From positions 2,656,001 to 2,720,000 of the forward strand of contig OY970320.1 of assembly GCA_963716745.1 (NCBI GenBank): a stretch of 64,000 nucleotides of DNA. The letters are read 5' to 3'. Position 1 is the first letter of the stretch. Every line of letters begins with the position of its first letter. Below are positions 29,937 to 43,105 of this stretch, one piece after another. The notes beneath the pieces were generated by a model. That model made no database searches, was not told the origin of the DNA, and saw nothing but the letters and a program-made list of their open reading frames with translations. The stretch is from an uncultured Gemmatimonadaceae bacterium (GTDB lineage: Bacteria; Gemmatimonadota; Gemmatimonadetes; Gemmatimonadales; Gemmatimonadaceae). The position numbers and the translations under genes are program-made.

Positions 29937-30431
29937 ATGCGCCGCGACCGTGCGCCCGGTTCGCTCGCGATGATGCGCGATGCGCTGGTGGAGGCGAGAG
30001 TCTCGGTGGGCCAGTCGCGCGAGGCGCGCGATCTCGCGGCCGCGCAACTCGCGCGCGAGCAAGCCGAACTCGAGACGGTGCGGCGCCGCGGTCAGCTCGC
30101 GACGCAGATCAACGATGCCGAGACGGTGGCGGTCGCCACGCGCTTCGAACAGAAGCACGCCGAGCGCATCGCGATGCTCGAGCGCAAGCTCGCGGCCCTG
30201 GAGACCGAGGTCGCACTCGGCGAGCGCGAGCTCGACGAGATGACGGCGCAATTCAAGGCAATGCAGGGCGGGGCCGAAGCGCCGCCCGCTCCCTCGGCCC
30301 CCGCCGCACAGGCGGGAGTGGACGAGCGAGATATGGAGCACAACGCGCTGCGTCGCGAGGCGAAGCGGAATGAGCAAGAGGCCGACGCGAACGCGCGGCT
30401 GGAGGAGATGAAGCGGAAGATGGGACTGTGA
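29937..30431 (+). CDS. PspA-like coiled-coil protein (start uncertain)
   Basis: Heptad-rich helices; C-terminal ARLEEMKRKMGL resembles PspA/IM30 tails. Confidence 0.55.
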   Translation: MRRDRAPGSLAMMRDALVEARVSVGQSREARDLAAAQLAREQAELETVRRRGQLATQINDAETVAVATRFEQKHAERIAMLERKLAALETEVALGERELDEMTAQFKAMQGGAEAPPAPSAPAAQAGVDERDMEHNALRREAKRNEQEADANARLEEMKRKMGL

Positions 30432-30438
30432 GTCTAAC

Positions 30439-30490
30439 GGCGGACTGTCGGCTGTCGGCTGTGGCAGGCGACAGCCGACAGCCAACAGCC
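30439..30490. repeat. Heptamer-repeat hairpin (GGCTGTC/GACAGCC) between convergent genes
   Basis: ggcggactgtcggctgtcggctgtggcaggcgacagccgacagccaacagcc. Confidence 0.75.
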
Positions 30491-30495
30491 TGCAG

Positions 30496-32095
30496 TTAGG
30501 CTTTTACCGATGCCGTCAGCCTATTGAGCAGCGGCACACACAGCAGCATCAGTCCCGATGCGCCGAAGCCGATCACGACGAAGATCATCCAGAAGCCGCC
30601 GTTCGTGGCGCTCAAGTGCTGAATGAAGCCGCCGAAGCCGGTCTCGGCGGCCTGCGCCGCCTCGCCGGGCGAGGGGATGTAGCCGGCGAACCAACCGGCG
30701 GCCTTGTTCGCCGCGGCGTTCGCGAGGAACCACACGCCCATGAGCAGCGACGCGAACTTGAGCGGCGCGACCTTCGTCACGTACGAGAGGCCGACCGGAC
30801 TCAGGCAGAGTTCGCCCCACGTGTGGAGCACGTACGCACACGTGAGCCAGAGCGGGCTCACGAGGATGCCGGCGTCGGCGCGGCGTCCGCCGGCGACCAT
30901 GAACAGGAAGCCGAGGCCGAGCAGGGAGAGCCCGATCACCATCTTCATTGGCGTGCTCGGCTCCCAGCCACGTTTCGAGAGCTTCACCCAGAGCCAGGCG
31001 AACACGGGCGCGAAGATCACGATGGAGGCGGCGTTCACGTTCTGCATCCACGCGGGCGCGATGCGGAAGCCCCACAAGTTCAGATCGGTGCTGCGGGCGG
31101 CGAACAGATTCATGGAGCTGCCGGCCTGCTCGTACGCGGCCCAGAACGCCGTCATGAAGAATGCGACAATGAACAGGGCGAACACGCGCTTGCGATCCTC
31201 GCCATGGGTGCCGAGCACGGTGATCCCGAGCGTCGCGCCGATGATCGTGCCGAACGCGAGCGGAATAAGATCGTCGATCTTGATCGGCCAGGAAACGCTC
31301 GCGAGGAACCACGACAGCGCGCCGCCAACGAGCGCGCCGCCAAGGCCGTGCACGAGCGTCGAGCTGTCCGCGCTCTTCGCGGCGTCGGCCAGCGAACCGG
31401 CGGCGCCGGCGAGCGCGGACTTCGCGCGCATCGCGGCCGTGCCAAGACCGATCCCCGGCAGATACTTGTCGCGTCCCCAGACATACACGATGAGTCCCGC
31501 GACCATGCCGAATCCGGCGGCGGCGAATCCGATATGCCAGCCGCCATTGCCCCAGCGCACGGGATCGCCGAAGTAGCCGCAGACTGTTTGGCCGAACACG
31601 GCGCCGAGGTTGATGCCCGATATAGAAGAGCGTGAATCCCGCGTCGCGCCGCTCGTCGCCGGTCTTGTAGATCTGGCCCACCATCGTCGACACGTTCGGC
31701 TTGAAGAATCCGGTGCCGATGATGACGAGGCCCAGCCCGAGGTAGAACATGTTCATGCTCGAGAACGCGAGGCAGAAATGTCCCGTGGCGATGATCAGGC
31801 CGCCGATCACGAGCGAGCGTCGCGTGCCGATCCAGCGATCGGCGAGATAGCCGCCGATGAGCGGCGTGAGGTACACGAGCGCCGTGTAATTCCCGTAGAG
31901 CCGCGTCGCGTCTTTGGTGTTCCAGTTGAGCGCCTCGGTGAGGAAGAGCACGAGGATCGCGCGCATCCCGTAGTACGAGAAGCGCTCCCACATCTCGGTG
32001 GTCGAGAGCAGCGCGAGACCGCGCGGGTGGCCGAAGAGCGCGGTGTCGTCGAGCGCCGAGGGCGCGCCGGGAGCGGGAGCGGCGGGAGCGGTCAC
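30496..32095 (-). CDS. POT-family proton-dependent oligopeptide MFS transporter (frameshift near 31620)
   Basis: GHPRGL, EMWERFSYYGMR (ExxERF), GTGFFKPNVS, YEQAGSS, GELCLSPVGLS. Confidence 0.93.
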
Positions 32096-32171
32096 GTTTG
32101 CCTCATGGGTGATCGGAACTTTCGCGGACGCGGGAGAAGATACCGTCTACCCCGCAACGTGCCAGACGCTT

Positions 32172-33162
32172 TCACACACCGCTGCGCGCCACCTTGTGGC
32201 ACGCGACCCAGTGTCCGGGCGACTTCTCCTCGAGCGGCGGCACGGTGGCGCTGCAGGCCGCATCCTTGGCCGGGTGCGGGCATCGCGGATGGAAAGCGCA
32301 GCCGGCCGGTGGATTCGCGGGCGATGGCACGTCGCCCGTGAGCACCGCGCGGCGGCGCTCGGCGCCCGGGTCGGGGATCGGCACCGCCGAGAGGAGGGCG
32401 CGCGTGTACGGCATTTTGGGCTCGCGGTAGAGCGTATCCACCGCTGCGAGTTCGACGATGCGGCCCAGGTACATCACCGCGACGCGATCGGCGATGTGCT
32501 CCACCACGGAGAGATCGTGCGCGATGAACAGGTATGCGAGCCCGCGGCGCTGCTGCAGGTCGGCGAGCAGGTTGATCACCTGTGCCTGGACGGAGACATC
32601 AAGCGCGGAGACGGGTTCGTCGCAGACGATGAAGCGCGGTTCCACGGCGAGCGCGCGCGCAATGCCGAGGCGCTGGCGCTGGCCGCCGGAGAATTCGTGG
32701 GGGTAGCGCGAGGCGGCCTCGGTGCCGAGTCCCACTTCGTCGAGGAGGCGTGCGACGCGCGCGTCGGCATCCGCGCCGGCGGCGATGCCGTGGATCGCGA
32801 TCCCTTCGCGCACGATCGCGCGCGCGGTCATGCGCGGATCGAGCGAGCCATAGGGATCCTGGAACACGAGCTGCATCTCGCGGCGCACGCGGCGCATCGA
32901 TTCGCGGAGAGTGCGCGCAGGTCGCGGCCATCGAAGTGGATCGCGCCCGATGTCGGCTCGATGAGGCGCAGGATGCAGCGCCCGAGCGTGGTCTTCCCGC
33001 AGCCGGACTCACCGACGAGGCCGAGCGTCTCACCCGCGGCGATCGTGAGCGAGACGGAGTGCACGGCGCGCGTCGGGGGGCCGCGGCGGTTGACGAAGTC
33101 CTTGGTGAGATCAGAGACGGCCAGCAACGGCGGGCTGTCGGCTGTCGGCTGTCGGCTGCCAG

Positions 33163-33166
<4 letters not shown>
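32172..33166 (-). CDS. Oligopeptide/dipeptide ABC transporter ATP-binding protein, OppF/DppF-like (frameshift near 32900)
   Basis: [41 protein letters not shown]. Confidence 0.9.
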
Positions 33167-34128
<962 letters not shown>

Positions 34129-34132
<4 letters not shown>

Positions 34133-35090
34133 CGCGCGTCCACCTGGCGCGGATCGAAGGCGTCGCGCAGCCCGTCGCCGAACACGTTCACCGACGAGGC
34201 AGGTGATCACGATCGCGAGCCCGGGGAAGAGCGACATCCACCAGAGCGCGGTGAGCTGCTCGGAGCCTTCCTGGATGATGTTCCCCCAGCTCGGCGTGGG
34301 CGGCCGCACGCCGATGCCGAGGAAGCTCAGCGCGGCCTCGAGGTACACGACGTGGCCGAGCGCGAGCGTGCCGGCGACGATCACCGTGGAGGCGACGTTC
34401 GGCAGCAGATGCCGCCAGAGGATCTCGCGGTCGCGCGCGCCGAGCGCGCGCGCGGCGACGGTGAAATCCTGCTCGCGCAGCGACGAGCACCTGCGCGCGC
34501 ACGAGACGGCTCGTGGGGAACCAGCCGGTGAGGCCGATGAGCAGGATGAGCCCGGGAGGGAGACGTTCTGCGCGACCGCGACGACGGCGATGAGGAGCAG
34601 GATGCGCGGCACCGACATCGCGGCATCGGTGAGGCGCATCATCGCGCCGTCGATGCGGCCGCCGTAGAAGCCGGCGATCGCGCCCCACGCGGCGCCGACG
34701 ACCACCGTCACGAGCGCCGCGAGCGCGGAGACGGCGAGCGTGATGCGCGAACCGAAGAGCACGCGGCTCAGCACGTCGCGGCTCGCGAAATCGGTGCCGA
34801 AGGGATGGCGACGCCGGACGGCAGACTCGCGTGCAGCGCGACGATGTCGAGCTGCCGTTCGGGCCGTACTGCGTGAGCAGCGGCGCGCAGACGGCGCACG
34901 AGCACGAGCGCGAGCGATCACGAAGAGCGCGAACATCGCGCCGCGGTCGGCGGCGAGACGCTCGAGCGAGCGCCGCCAGGGGCTCGCGGCCGCTCCGGCG
35001 GCCGCCGGCGCGCGACCGCGCGGCCGCACGGCGAGCGACAGCGAGCGCGGCCGCCGACGAGGCAGGCGATCCAGGCGAGCGCGCCTGCAC
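34129..35090 (-). CDS. Peptide ABC transporter permease, OppC/DppC-like (multiple frameshifts)
   Basis: [39 protein letters not shown]. Confidence 0.85.
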
Positions 35091-35091
35091 G

Positions 35092-36070
35092 CTACGCCAC
35101 CCGCACGCGCGGGTCGGCCGCGGCGTACAGCAGGTCCGCGACCAGGCTGCCGAGCACCACGAGCACGCTGGAGGCGATCGTGATCGCGAGCAGCAGCGGA
35201 TAGTCGCGCTTCGCCGACCGCGCCGGCGGCGAGCGAGCCGATGCCGGGCCAGGCGAAGATCCGCTCGATGATCACCGCGCCGCCGAGCAGGGCGGGGAGC
35301 CAGAGGCCGAAGAGCGTGATCACCGGCAGGAGCGCATTGCGGAAGACGTGCCGCCGGAGGATGCGGCCCTCGATCAGTCCCTTCGCGCGCGCGGTGCGGA
35401 CGAAGTCCTCGTGCATCACGTCGAGCATCGCGGCGCGCTGGTAGCGCGAGATCCCCGCGGCGGCGACGAGCGCGAGCGTGCCCGCGGGCAGGATGAGATG
35501 CGCGCGCGCGATCGCCGAGCTTTCCCCAGAGATCCGTACGAGGGATACATGACCGCGTCGGTCATGCCGCCGTGACCGGGAGCAGCTGCAGCTTGTACGA
35601 GAAGAGGAAGAGCGCCATGAGCGCGAACCAGAAATCGGGGAGCGCATAGAGGAACATCGCGACGCCGCCGACGCTGCGGTCCACGGCGCCGCCCGGCCGG
35701 CGCGCCTGCAGCACGCCCGCGCCGACGCCGAGCGCGAAGGTGAGCGCCGATGGCGAAGAGCATGAGCACGAGCGTGTTCGGCACCGCCTCCGCGAGCACG
35801 TCGGCCGACCGGGCTGCGCGTGCGGGATCGACCAGCCGAGGTCGCCGCGCGCGAGGGACCCGATCCAGCAGCCATAGCGCGCGGCGATGCCGCGGTCGAG
35901 GCAGTACTCGTGGCGGATCTGCGCGCGCGCTTCGGCGGCACGCGTGCGTCGCCGTACGCGGCGTCCACCGCGTCGCCGGGCGCGAGCGCGAGCAGGAAGA
36001 AGGTGAACGTCGCGACGAGCCACACGATCACCACGCCCTGGAGCGCGCGGCGCGCGAGCAGCTTCGTCAT
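35092..36070 (-). CDS. Peptide ABC transporter permease, OppB/DppB-like (multiple frameshifts)
   Basis: [42 protein letters not shown]. Confidence 0.85.
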
Positions 36071-36076
36071 CGCGCG

Positions 36077-37801
36077 CTACGGCTTCGCGGGCGCGGCCGG
36101 GCTCGGCGCGGGAGGCGGCGCGGGTGGAAGCTCGCCGGCACGGTCGCGCGCCGTGCGCTCGGCCGCGGGGATCGACCACAGCCGCAGGTTGATCGCCCAC
36201 GCGTCCGCGCGGATGCCCGCCGGATGCACGCGCTTCGCGACTCCCGCCATCGCGAGCGGCTCATAGAGCCAGATCGCCGGCGCGTCCTCGATGATCGTCA
36301 CGTACGCCTTGCGATAGTACGCCTTGGACTTGGCGGGATCCATCTGCCGGACCGCGGAGTCGACGTACGCATCGAACGCCGCCGATCTGGTAGTAGCCAT
36401 AGTTCGAGCCGCCATTGCCCGGCGGCGGACCGGCCCCACGATTCGCGCACGTTCGCGGGGCTCGGATCCAGGCCGGTGAGCTGGATCTGCATGTCGAAGT
36501 CGCCGCGCCTCGTTGCGCGCGATGGCGGTGGGCGGGTCCACGAGCTCCACGTCCGCCTTCGCGCCGATCTGCTTGAACGACTCCTGCATGAGCTCGGCCA
36601 TGTGCCGGCGCGGCAGGCTGGAACTCGGCGACATGATGCCGAAGGCGAGCTGGCGTCCGTTCTTCTCCCGAACGCCCGTGCTCGCGTTCAGCTTCCAGCC
36701 GCTGCGCGTCGAGAATGCGCTTCGCGCTGTCGGGCGAGTAGGGGAGCAGCGGGACCGTGGGGTCGTAGGTGGAATACGAGGACGACAGCGGGCCGTGGCC
36801 GACGGTCGCGAAGCTGTCGAACACGCTCTGCACGATCGTCGGCGCGGTCGATGGCCATGCTCAGCGCGCGGCGCGTCTCGCGGTCGCCGAAGATCGGGAT
36901 GCGGCGCGGCGCGATTCTTCTTCTCGCGCTCGATTGAACACACGAAGCCCGTGTTAAGGACGGGTACGGCAGCGCCCGCAGCGTCGGGATGCTTCGCGAA
37001 CTCCGGCATGTCCATCGGACGCAGGAACTCGAGCAATCCGCATCGCCCGAGAGGAGGCGCATGACGCGTGGTGCTCGGATCCGGCGGCGATGCTCCAGAT
37101 CACGCGGTCGAGATGCGGACGGCCCAGATGGTAGTCCGTGTTCGCGTCGAGGACGATCGCCTGGCGCGCGTCCCAGCGCGCGAACTTGAACGGCCCGCTG
37201 CCGACGGGATTGCGCATGAACGGCGCCGTTCTTGAGATCTCGGCGCGCGGCACCGAACCCAAGCACGTGCTCCGGGAGGATCCGCATCTGCCATGCGGCG
37301 TCCAGGAATTGCTCGGGCGTGCGGCTGCGAGAACCAGAAGACGGCGGTGAGCGAGTCGCGCACCGTGACGGAGTCGATGCTCTTGATCAGCGGGCGCACG
37401 AGCGATCCGGTCGCGCTGTCGTTGTAGACCTGCCAGGTGAAGCGGACATCGTTCGCGGTGACCGGCGGCGCCGTCGTGCCAGCGCGCCTTCGGGTCGATG
37501 TGGAACGCGATCGACAGGGAGTCGGGCGCCCACGTCCAGCCGGTCGCGAGCACGCGGTGCGAAGCCCGCATCGCCGACGATGTTCAGTGCCGAGGCCGAC
37601 TTCGGCGAGCTTCTCGAAGATCTGCGCCTCGACCTCGGTCGAGACGGCGTTGATCGTGACCGGCGGCAGGAATCCATCGGCGTCGCTGCCGGAGGAGATC
37701 ACGAGCGTGCCGCCGTCGGCGCCGGCGGCGCCGCGCGACGCGGAGTCGCCGCAGGCGGCGGTGAGCGCGATCAGGCAGAGGGCGAACGATCGAATGCGCA
37801 T
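36077..37801 (-). CDS. Peptide ABC transporter substrate-binding lipoprotein (family 5; multiple frameshifts)
   Basis: Lipobox LTAAC; ARWHDG, VTANDVRFTW, PVGSGPFKF, RRALSMAIDR, EDAPAIWLY. Confidence 0.85.
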
Positions 37802-37838
37802 GTGCTCCGGAACGAATGAGGAGATCATCGCGGCGCCA

Positions 37839-38643
37839 TCAGCGGCGCCATGTCCACGCGTCGCTCTCATAGCGGGCCGAGAGCGCGAGTGCTGCCTGCA
37901 TCAAGTCATTATCCACGTCCAACTCGGCGGGCGCCGCGTTCTCCATGCTCTCGAGCGCCCGGGCGAACGCCGCCGCGAATTCCGTGCTGCTCGGCTGCCG
38001 GCCCGTGAGCGCCCGCAGCGTCGCGGGCGCCGGCGGCGGCGGAAGGGGCGACCGGAGCAGTTCGCTCGCGAGCGCCTGGTCGTCGTCCACCAGGATCGAG
38101 CCGTGCTGCAGCAGTGCGCCTTGGTCCCGCCACTGCGCGCTGCCCACGAGCTTGCGGCCGCCGGCAACGAGCTCTCCCGCGACCGGTTCTTCGAAACAGG
38201 GCGCGACGCCCGGTCGCGGCGTCGCACCGGACGCCCGCGCCTCCCCGGCGTCCACGCCGAGCCGGCGCAATGCGTCCACTAGTAGACGATTGATGCGTTG
38301 GTACGATTCCCGCAGCGAGCCGAGCGCGTGCACCGGCGCAGCCACGGCGTAGGTGATCTCGCGGTGGTGGAGCACGGCGCGGCCGCCGGTGGGCCGTCGC
38401 ACGAAGCCGACGCCGAGGCGGCGGGCGGCGTCGAGATCGTAGCGTCCGCGCGCGGTCTGGTGTCGCCCGAGTGACAGGGTGGGTGCGCTCCAGGCGTAGA
38501 GGCGCGCGAGGATCGCATCGTCGGCGCGCGCGCGGGCCATCATGGCCTCGTCGAGCGCCATGTTGAACGCGCCGGAGGCGGGAGGGGACACGAACAGACG
38601 CCACGTGACGGCAGCGCGCGGTGTCGAGGGGGAGCGGGGTCAC
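37839..38643 (-). CDS. Lipoate-protein ligase family protein (LplA/LipM-like); start approximate
   Basis: WRLFVSPPASGAFNMALDEA, RLYAWSAPTLSLG, VRRPTGGRAVLH, KLVGSAQ, LQHGSI. Confidence 0.88.
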
Positions 38644-38696
38644 GAGGGAAAGGATAGGCAATGGTGCCATTCGCGGCGAGGGGAGGGTGTCCAACA

Positions 38697-38816
38697 GCCG
38701 GGAGCCGATCGCCGGGAGCCGATGAGGAATGACAACACATTCCATAAAGACACTTCGCATTGCCGTTATGGAATTAATTGTCATGCCATATCGGCTCCCG
38801 GCAATCGGCTCCCGGC
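38697..38816. repeat. Long imperfect hairpin between divergent lipoate ligase and gcvP
   Basis: (gccgggagccgat)x2 / (atcggctcccggc)x2 outer arms; inner pairs atgacaa/ttgtcat and attccataa/ttatggaat. Confidence 0.75.
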
Positions 38817-38867
38817 AGTCACGCTCACGGGTTGGAATTCGGGGCGTCCCGGTATCATCTTTAACGG

Positions 38868-41759
38868 ATGTCTCCCTCAAAGATCCCCGCGTCGCAGCTC
38901 GACGCTGACTCGTTCGTCCCGCGCCATATCGGACCGAGCGACGCCGACGTCCGCGTCATGGCGGAAGCGGCCGGCTTCAAGTCCCTCGATGCGCTCATCG
39001 ACGCGACGGTACCGTCGACCATCCGGCTGAAACGCCCGCTCGCGATCGCCACGGGCAAGAGCGAGACCGAAGCGCTGCGCGGATTCCGCGAGCTCGCGAG
39101 CCGGAACAAGGTGTTCCGCTCCTTCATCGGACTCGGCTACTACAACTGCCTCACGCCGCCCGTGATCCAGCGCAACATCCTGGAGAATCCGGCGTGGTAC
39201 ACCGCGTACACGCCCTACCAGGCGGAGATCGCGCAAGGGCGCCTCGAAGCACTGCTGAATTTCCAGACGATGGTGATGGATCTCACCGGACTCGAGATCG
39301 CGAATGCTTCGCTGCTCGACGAGGGCACGGCCGCCGCCGAAGCGATGAACATGGCGCATGCGCTCAAGGCGAAGCCGGGGCGCAACACGTTCTTCGTGAG
39401 CGATGAATGCTTCCCCCAAACGGTAGACGTCGTGCGCACCCGCGCGAAGGCGCTCGGCATCACAGTGGTCACCGGTGATCATCGCACGTTCGAGTTCGGC
39501 GCCGAAGTCTTCGGCGCGCTTATCCAATATCCGGCGGCCGACGGCGCGATCTACGATTACCGCGCGTTCACCGAGGCCGCGCACAAGCACGACGCGATGG
39601 TCATCGCGGCGACCGACCTGCTCGCGCTCACGCTGCTCACGCCGCCGGGCGAGTGGGGCGCGGACGTCGCGGTGGGCAACTCGCAGCGATTCGGCGTGCC
39701 GATGGGATTCGGCGGTCCGCATGCCGCGTTCTTCGCGACCAAGGACGAGTTCAAACGCCATCTCCCGGGACGGATCATCGGCGTCTCACGCGATTCGAAC
39801 GGGAGGCCGGCGCTGCGCATGGCGCTGCAGACGCGCGAACAGCACATCCGCCGCGAGAAGGCCACGAGCAACGTGTGCACGGCGCAGGTGCTGCTCGCGG
39901 TGATGGCGAGCATGTACGCCGTGTGGCACGGTCCGGTGGGGCTCACGCGGATCGCGACGCGCATCCGCCGGTACGCCGAAGCGCTCGCGGCCGGGCTCAA
40001 GCAGATGGGCTACACGATCACCCACGATGTGTTCTTCGACACGCTGCGCGTGGAGCTCGGCGCGCGGAAGCTCAGCGAGATCCTGCGTGAGGCGCGTGCG
40101 CGCGAGATCAACATCCGCGTGATCGACGAGAACACCGTCGGGATCGCATTGGGCGAGAGCACGCTCATCGTCAATGTGGCTGACCTGCTGGCCGTGTTCG
40201 CCGACGGCGACGGCGCAGCGCCCGCGGTGGAAGGGTTGGTCGAGAAGGCGGATCCGCGGTTCGATGAGCGGTTCGCGCGCACGAGCGCGTTCCTCACGCA
40301 TCCCGTGTTCAGCCGCTACCGCTCCGAGACCGAGATGCTGCGCTACATGCGCACCCTCGAATCGAAGGACCTGTCGCTCACGCATTCAATGATCGCGCTC
40401 GGCTCGTGCACCATGAAGCTGAACGCGACGAGCGAGATGGTGCCGGTGACGTGGCGCGAGATCTCGCGCCTGCACCCGTTCGCGCCGGCGGAGCAGACCG
40501 ATGGCTATCAGATCCTATTCGAGCGGCTCGAAGCGTCGCTCGCTGAGATCACGGGATTCTCCGCCGTGTCGCTGCAGCCGAACGCGGGTTCGCAGGGCGA
40601 GTACGCGGGGCTGCTGGTGATCCGCGCATACCACGAGAGCCGCGGCGAGACGCATCGCACCGTGTGCCTCATTCCGCGGTCGGCGCACGGTACCAATCCG
40701 GCGAGCGCGGTGATGGCGGGCTTCGAGGTGATCGTCGTGAACACCGACGAGAGCGGCAACATCGATCTCGGCGACCTGCGTGCGAAGGCCGAGCAGCACA
40801 AGGCGAACGTCGGCGCGATCATGGTGACGTACCCGAGTACGCACGGCGTGTTCGAGGAGGGGATCAAGGAGATCTGCGCGATCGTGCACGCGGCGGGCGG
40901 ACAAGTCTATCTGGACGGCGCGAACATGAACGCGATGGTGGGCCTCGCGCGCCCGGGCGACATCGGCGCGGATGTCTGCCATTTGAACCTGCACAAGACA
41001 TTCTGCATCCCGCATGGCGGCGGTGGTCCCGGGATGGGGCCGATCGGCGTCGCCGCGCATCTCGCGCCGTTCCTGCCGCGGCACGTCTTCGCCGAGGTGG
41101 GCGGTGCGCAGGGCACGGGTGCCGTGAGCGCGGCGCCATGGGGGAGCGCGAGTATTTTGCCGATCTCGCACCTGTACATCGAATTGATGGGCGGTGAGGG
41201 GCTCACCATGGCGACGAAGGTCGCGATCCTCAACGCGAATTACATGGCGAAGCGGCTCGAGCCGTACTACCCGGTGCTGTACAAGGGGAAGAACGGCACC
41301 GTGGCGCATGAGTGCATCATCGATCCGCGGGCGTTCAAGACGAGCGCCGGCGTCGAAGTGGAGGACATCGCGAAGCGGCTCATGGACTACGGGTTCCACG
41401 CGCCCACCGTGAGCTTCCCGGTGGCGGGCACGCTGATGATCGAGCCGACGGAGAGCGAGTCGAGAGCCGAGCTGGACCGGTTCTGCGACGCGCTGATCGC
41501 GATCCGAGAGGAGATCCGCGAGATCGAGCAGGGGACGGCGGACCGCGAGAACAATCCGCTCAAGCACGCTCCGCACACGCTGGAGACCGTGCTCACGAGC
41601 GCCTGGGACCGGCCGTACACGCGCGAGCAGGCGGCATTCCCCGCGCCGTGGACGCGCGAGCGGAAATTCTGGCCGTCGGTGGGACGAGTCGAGAGCGCCT
41701 ACGGGGACAGGAATCTGGTGTGTTCGTGTCCGCCGATAGAGGAATACCAGCCTGCTTAG
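38868..41759 (+). CDS. gcvP: Glycine dehydrogenase (decarboxylating), P protein
   Basis: [52 protein letters not shown] (PLP Lys); 963 aa intact. Confidence 0.98.
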   Translation: MSPSKIPASQLDADSFVPRHIGPSDADVRVMAEAAGFKSLDALIDATVPSTIRLKRPLAIATGKSETEALRGFRELASRNKVFRSFIGLGYYNCLTPPVIQRNILENPAWYTAYTPYQAEIAQGRLEALLNFQTMVMDLTGLEIANASLLDEGTAAAEAMNMAHALKAKPGRNTFFVSDECFPQTVDVVRTRAKALGITVVTGDHRTFEFGAEVFGALIQYPAADGAIYDYRAFTEAAHKHDAMVIAATDLLALTLLTPPGEWGADVAVGNSQRFGVPMGFGGPHAAFFATKDEFKRHLPGRIIGVSRDSNGRPALRMALQTREQHIRREKATSNVCTAQVLLAVMASMYAVWHGPVGLTRIATRIRRYAEALAAGLKQMGYTITHDVFFDTLRVELGARKLSEILREARAREINIRVIDENTVGIALGESTLIVNVADLLAVFADGDGAAPAVEGLVEKADPRFDERFARTSAFLTHPVFSRYRSETEMLRYMRTLESKDLSLTHSMIALGSCTMKLNATSEMVPVTWREISRLHPFAPAEQTDGYQILFERLEASLAEITGFSAVSLQPNAGSQGEYAGLLVIRAYHESRGETHRTVCLIPRSAHGTNPASAVMAGFEVIVVNTDESGNIDLGDLRAKAEQHKANVGAIMVTYPSTHGVFEEGIKEICAIVHAAGGQVYLDGANMNAMVGLARPGDIGADVCHLNLHKTFCIPHGGGGPGMGPIGVAAHLAPFLPRHVFAEVGGAQGTGAVSAAPWGSASILPISHLYIELMGGEGLTMATKVAILNANYMAKRLEPYYPVLYKGKNGTVAHECIIDPRAFKTSAGVEVEDIAKRLMDYGFHAPTVSFPVAGTLMIEPTESESRAELDRFCDALIAIREEIREIEQGTADRENNPLKHAPHTLETVLTSAWDRPYTREQAAFPAPWTRERKFWPSVGRVESAYGDRNLVCSCPPIEEYQPA

Positions 41760-41791
41760 TCGGGAGCGTGTGTAGCGTCTGGCGTCTGGTA

Positions 41792-42181
41792 CTACTCTCC
41801 GACGTGCGTGGTGTATTCGTCTGGGCCTAACAGTTGATCGCGGTCGCTGGCCTTCGCGAGGCGGAGTTTGATCATCCAGCCGTCGCCGTACGGGTCCGTG
41901 TTCACGAGTGCCGGTTCCTTATCGAGGCGCTCGTTGACGGCCACCACCTTGCCCGCGAGCGGCGAGAACAGTTCCGACACCGCCTTCACCGCCTCGATCG
42001 TGCCGAACACGTCCATGCGCGCGAAATCGTCGCCCGACTTCGGCAGTTCGACATACACGACGTCGCCCAACTGGTCCTGCGCGTAGTCGGTGATCCCGAT
42101 CTGCACGACGTCCGCGTCAGCGGTGCTCTTCACGTACTCGTGCTCCTCGGTGTACAACAGATCGGCGGGGATCTTCGACAC
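41792..42181 (-). CDS. gcvH: Glycine cleavage system H protein
   Basis: YTEEHEYV, GITDYAQDQLGDVVYVELP, IEAVKAVSE (lipoyl Lys), NTDPYGDGW. Confidence 0.96.
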   Translation of the reverse strand: MSKIPADLLYTEEHEYVKSTADADVVQIGITDYAQDQLGDVVYVELPKSGDDFARMDVFGTIEAVKAVSELFSPLAGKVVAVNERLDKEPALVNTDPYGDGWMIKLRLAKASDRDQLLGPDEYTTHVGE

Positions 42182-42266
42182 GACGGGCTCCGCGGCTTGA
42201 ATGAAGGGAAGGGCTAGTCTAGACAGCGGTTCTGGAGGTGTCAAGCAACGGCGAACTGCGACACTA

Positions 42267-42483
42267 CGTGAGTACCGAGTCGTGCGTGTTCGACCACGCG
42301 TAGCGTGAGTACCGAGTCGTGCGTGTTAGACCACTGAAAGCGTGCGTACCGAGTCGTGCGGACGCACGCCGTGCGTGGTCGAATACGCACGACTCGGTAC
42401 TCACGCCGTTGGTGGTCTAACACGCACGACTCGGTACTCACGCCGTTGGTGGTCAAACACGCACGTCTCGGCACTCACGCCGT
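42267..42483. repeat. REP/BIME-like array: 3 forward and 3 inverted 37-bp units
   Basis: Core GTGAGTACCGAGTCGTGCGT (or close variant) at 42268, 42305, 42342 and reverse at 42385, 42422, 42459; period 37 in both halves. Confidence 0.9.
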
Positions 42484-43092
42484 ATCGCGCATCCCCGCCC
42501 GCGCCTCCAGTGCCGCCCATACTTCATCCACCCTCCTCGACAACGCCCGCTGGTCCGAGTCGTTCTCGATCACGAAATCCGCCTGCGCCCGCTTGAGTTC
42601 GGCGGGCATCTGCGCGGCGATCATGTGCATCGCATCGTCGCGCGGCATGCCGCGGCGCGTGGTCAGCCGCTCGAGGCGCACCTCCTTCGGCGCGTCCACC
42701 AGCACGATCACATCGTAGTCGGCCTGCAGCTTCTTCTCGAACAGCAGCGGGATGTCGCAGATCACGATGCGGTCGCCGCGTGCTTTCGCGGCCTGCACCT
42801 CCTGATCGCGCAGCTTCGCCACGGCGGGGTGCACGATCGCGTTGAGCGCCTCGAGTTCAGCGGGCTCCGCGAACACGAGATGGCGCAGCGCCGCGCGGTC
42901 GAGGGTGCCGTCGGCGAGGAACATTCGGCGCCCCCAGCGTGCTTCGATCGCCCGATGCCCGGGCGTGCCCGGTTCCACGGCGATGCGCGCCAGCACGTCG
43001 GCGTCGATGATCGTCGCACCGCGTGCCGCGAGCAGCTGCGCGACGCTCGATTTGCCGCTCGCCGTATTCCCCGTCAGTCCGACGACAAGCAT
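42475..43092 (-). CDS. coaE: Dephospho-CoA kinase
   Basis: VGLTGNTASGKS, IIDADVLAR, LNAIVHP, DIPLLFE. Confidence 0.96.
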   Translation of the reverse strand: MLVVGLTGNTASGKSSVAQLLAARGATIIDADVLARIAVEPGTPGHRAIEARWGRRMFLADGTLDRAALRHLVFAEPAELEALNAIVHPAVAKLRDQEVQAAKARGDRIVICDIPLLFEKKLQADYDVIVLVDAPKEVRLERLTTRRGMPRDDAMHMIAAQMPAELKRAQADFVIENDSDQRALSRRVDEVWAALEARAGMRDTA

Positions 43093-43105
43093 CGCGGCTA
43101 GCGCC

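Noticed and set aside
38697..38867. Glycine riboswitch upstream of gcvP
   Set aside because: No recognisable aptamer motifs; the structure is a single long hairpin with repeat arms.
42267..42483. CRISPR array
   Set aside because: Period is only 37 bp with ~7 variable nt, half the units are inverted, copies are dispersed elsewhere in the window, and there are no cas genes.
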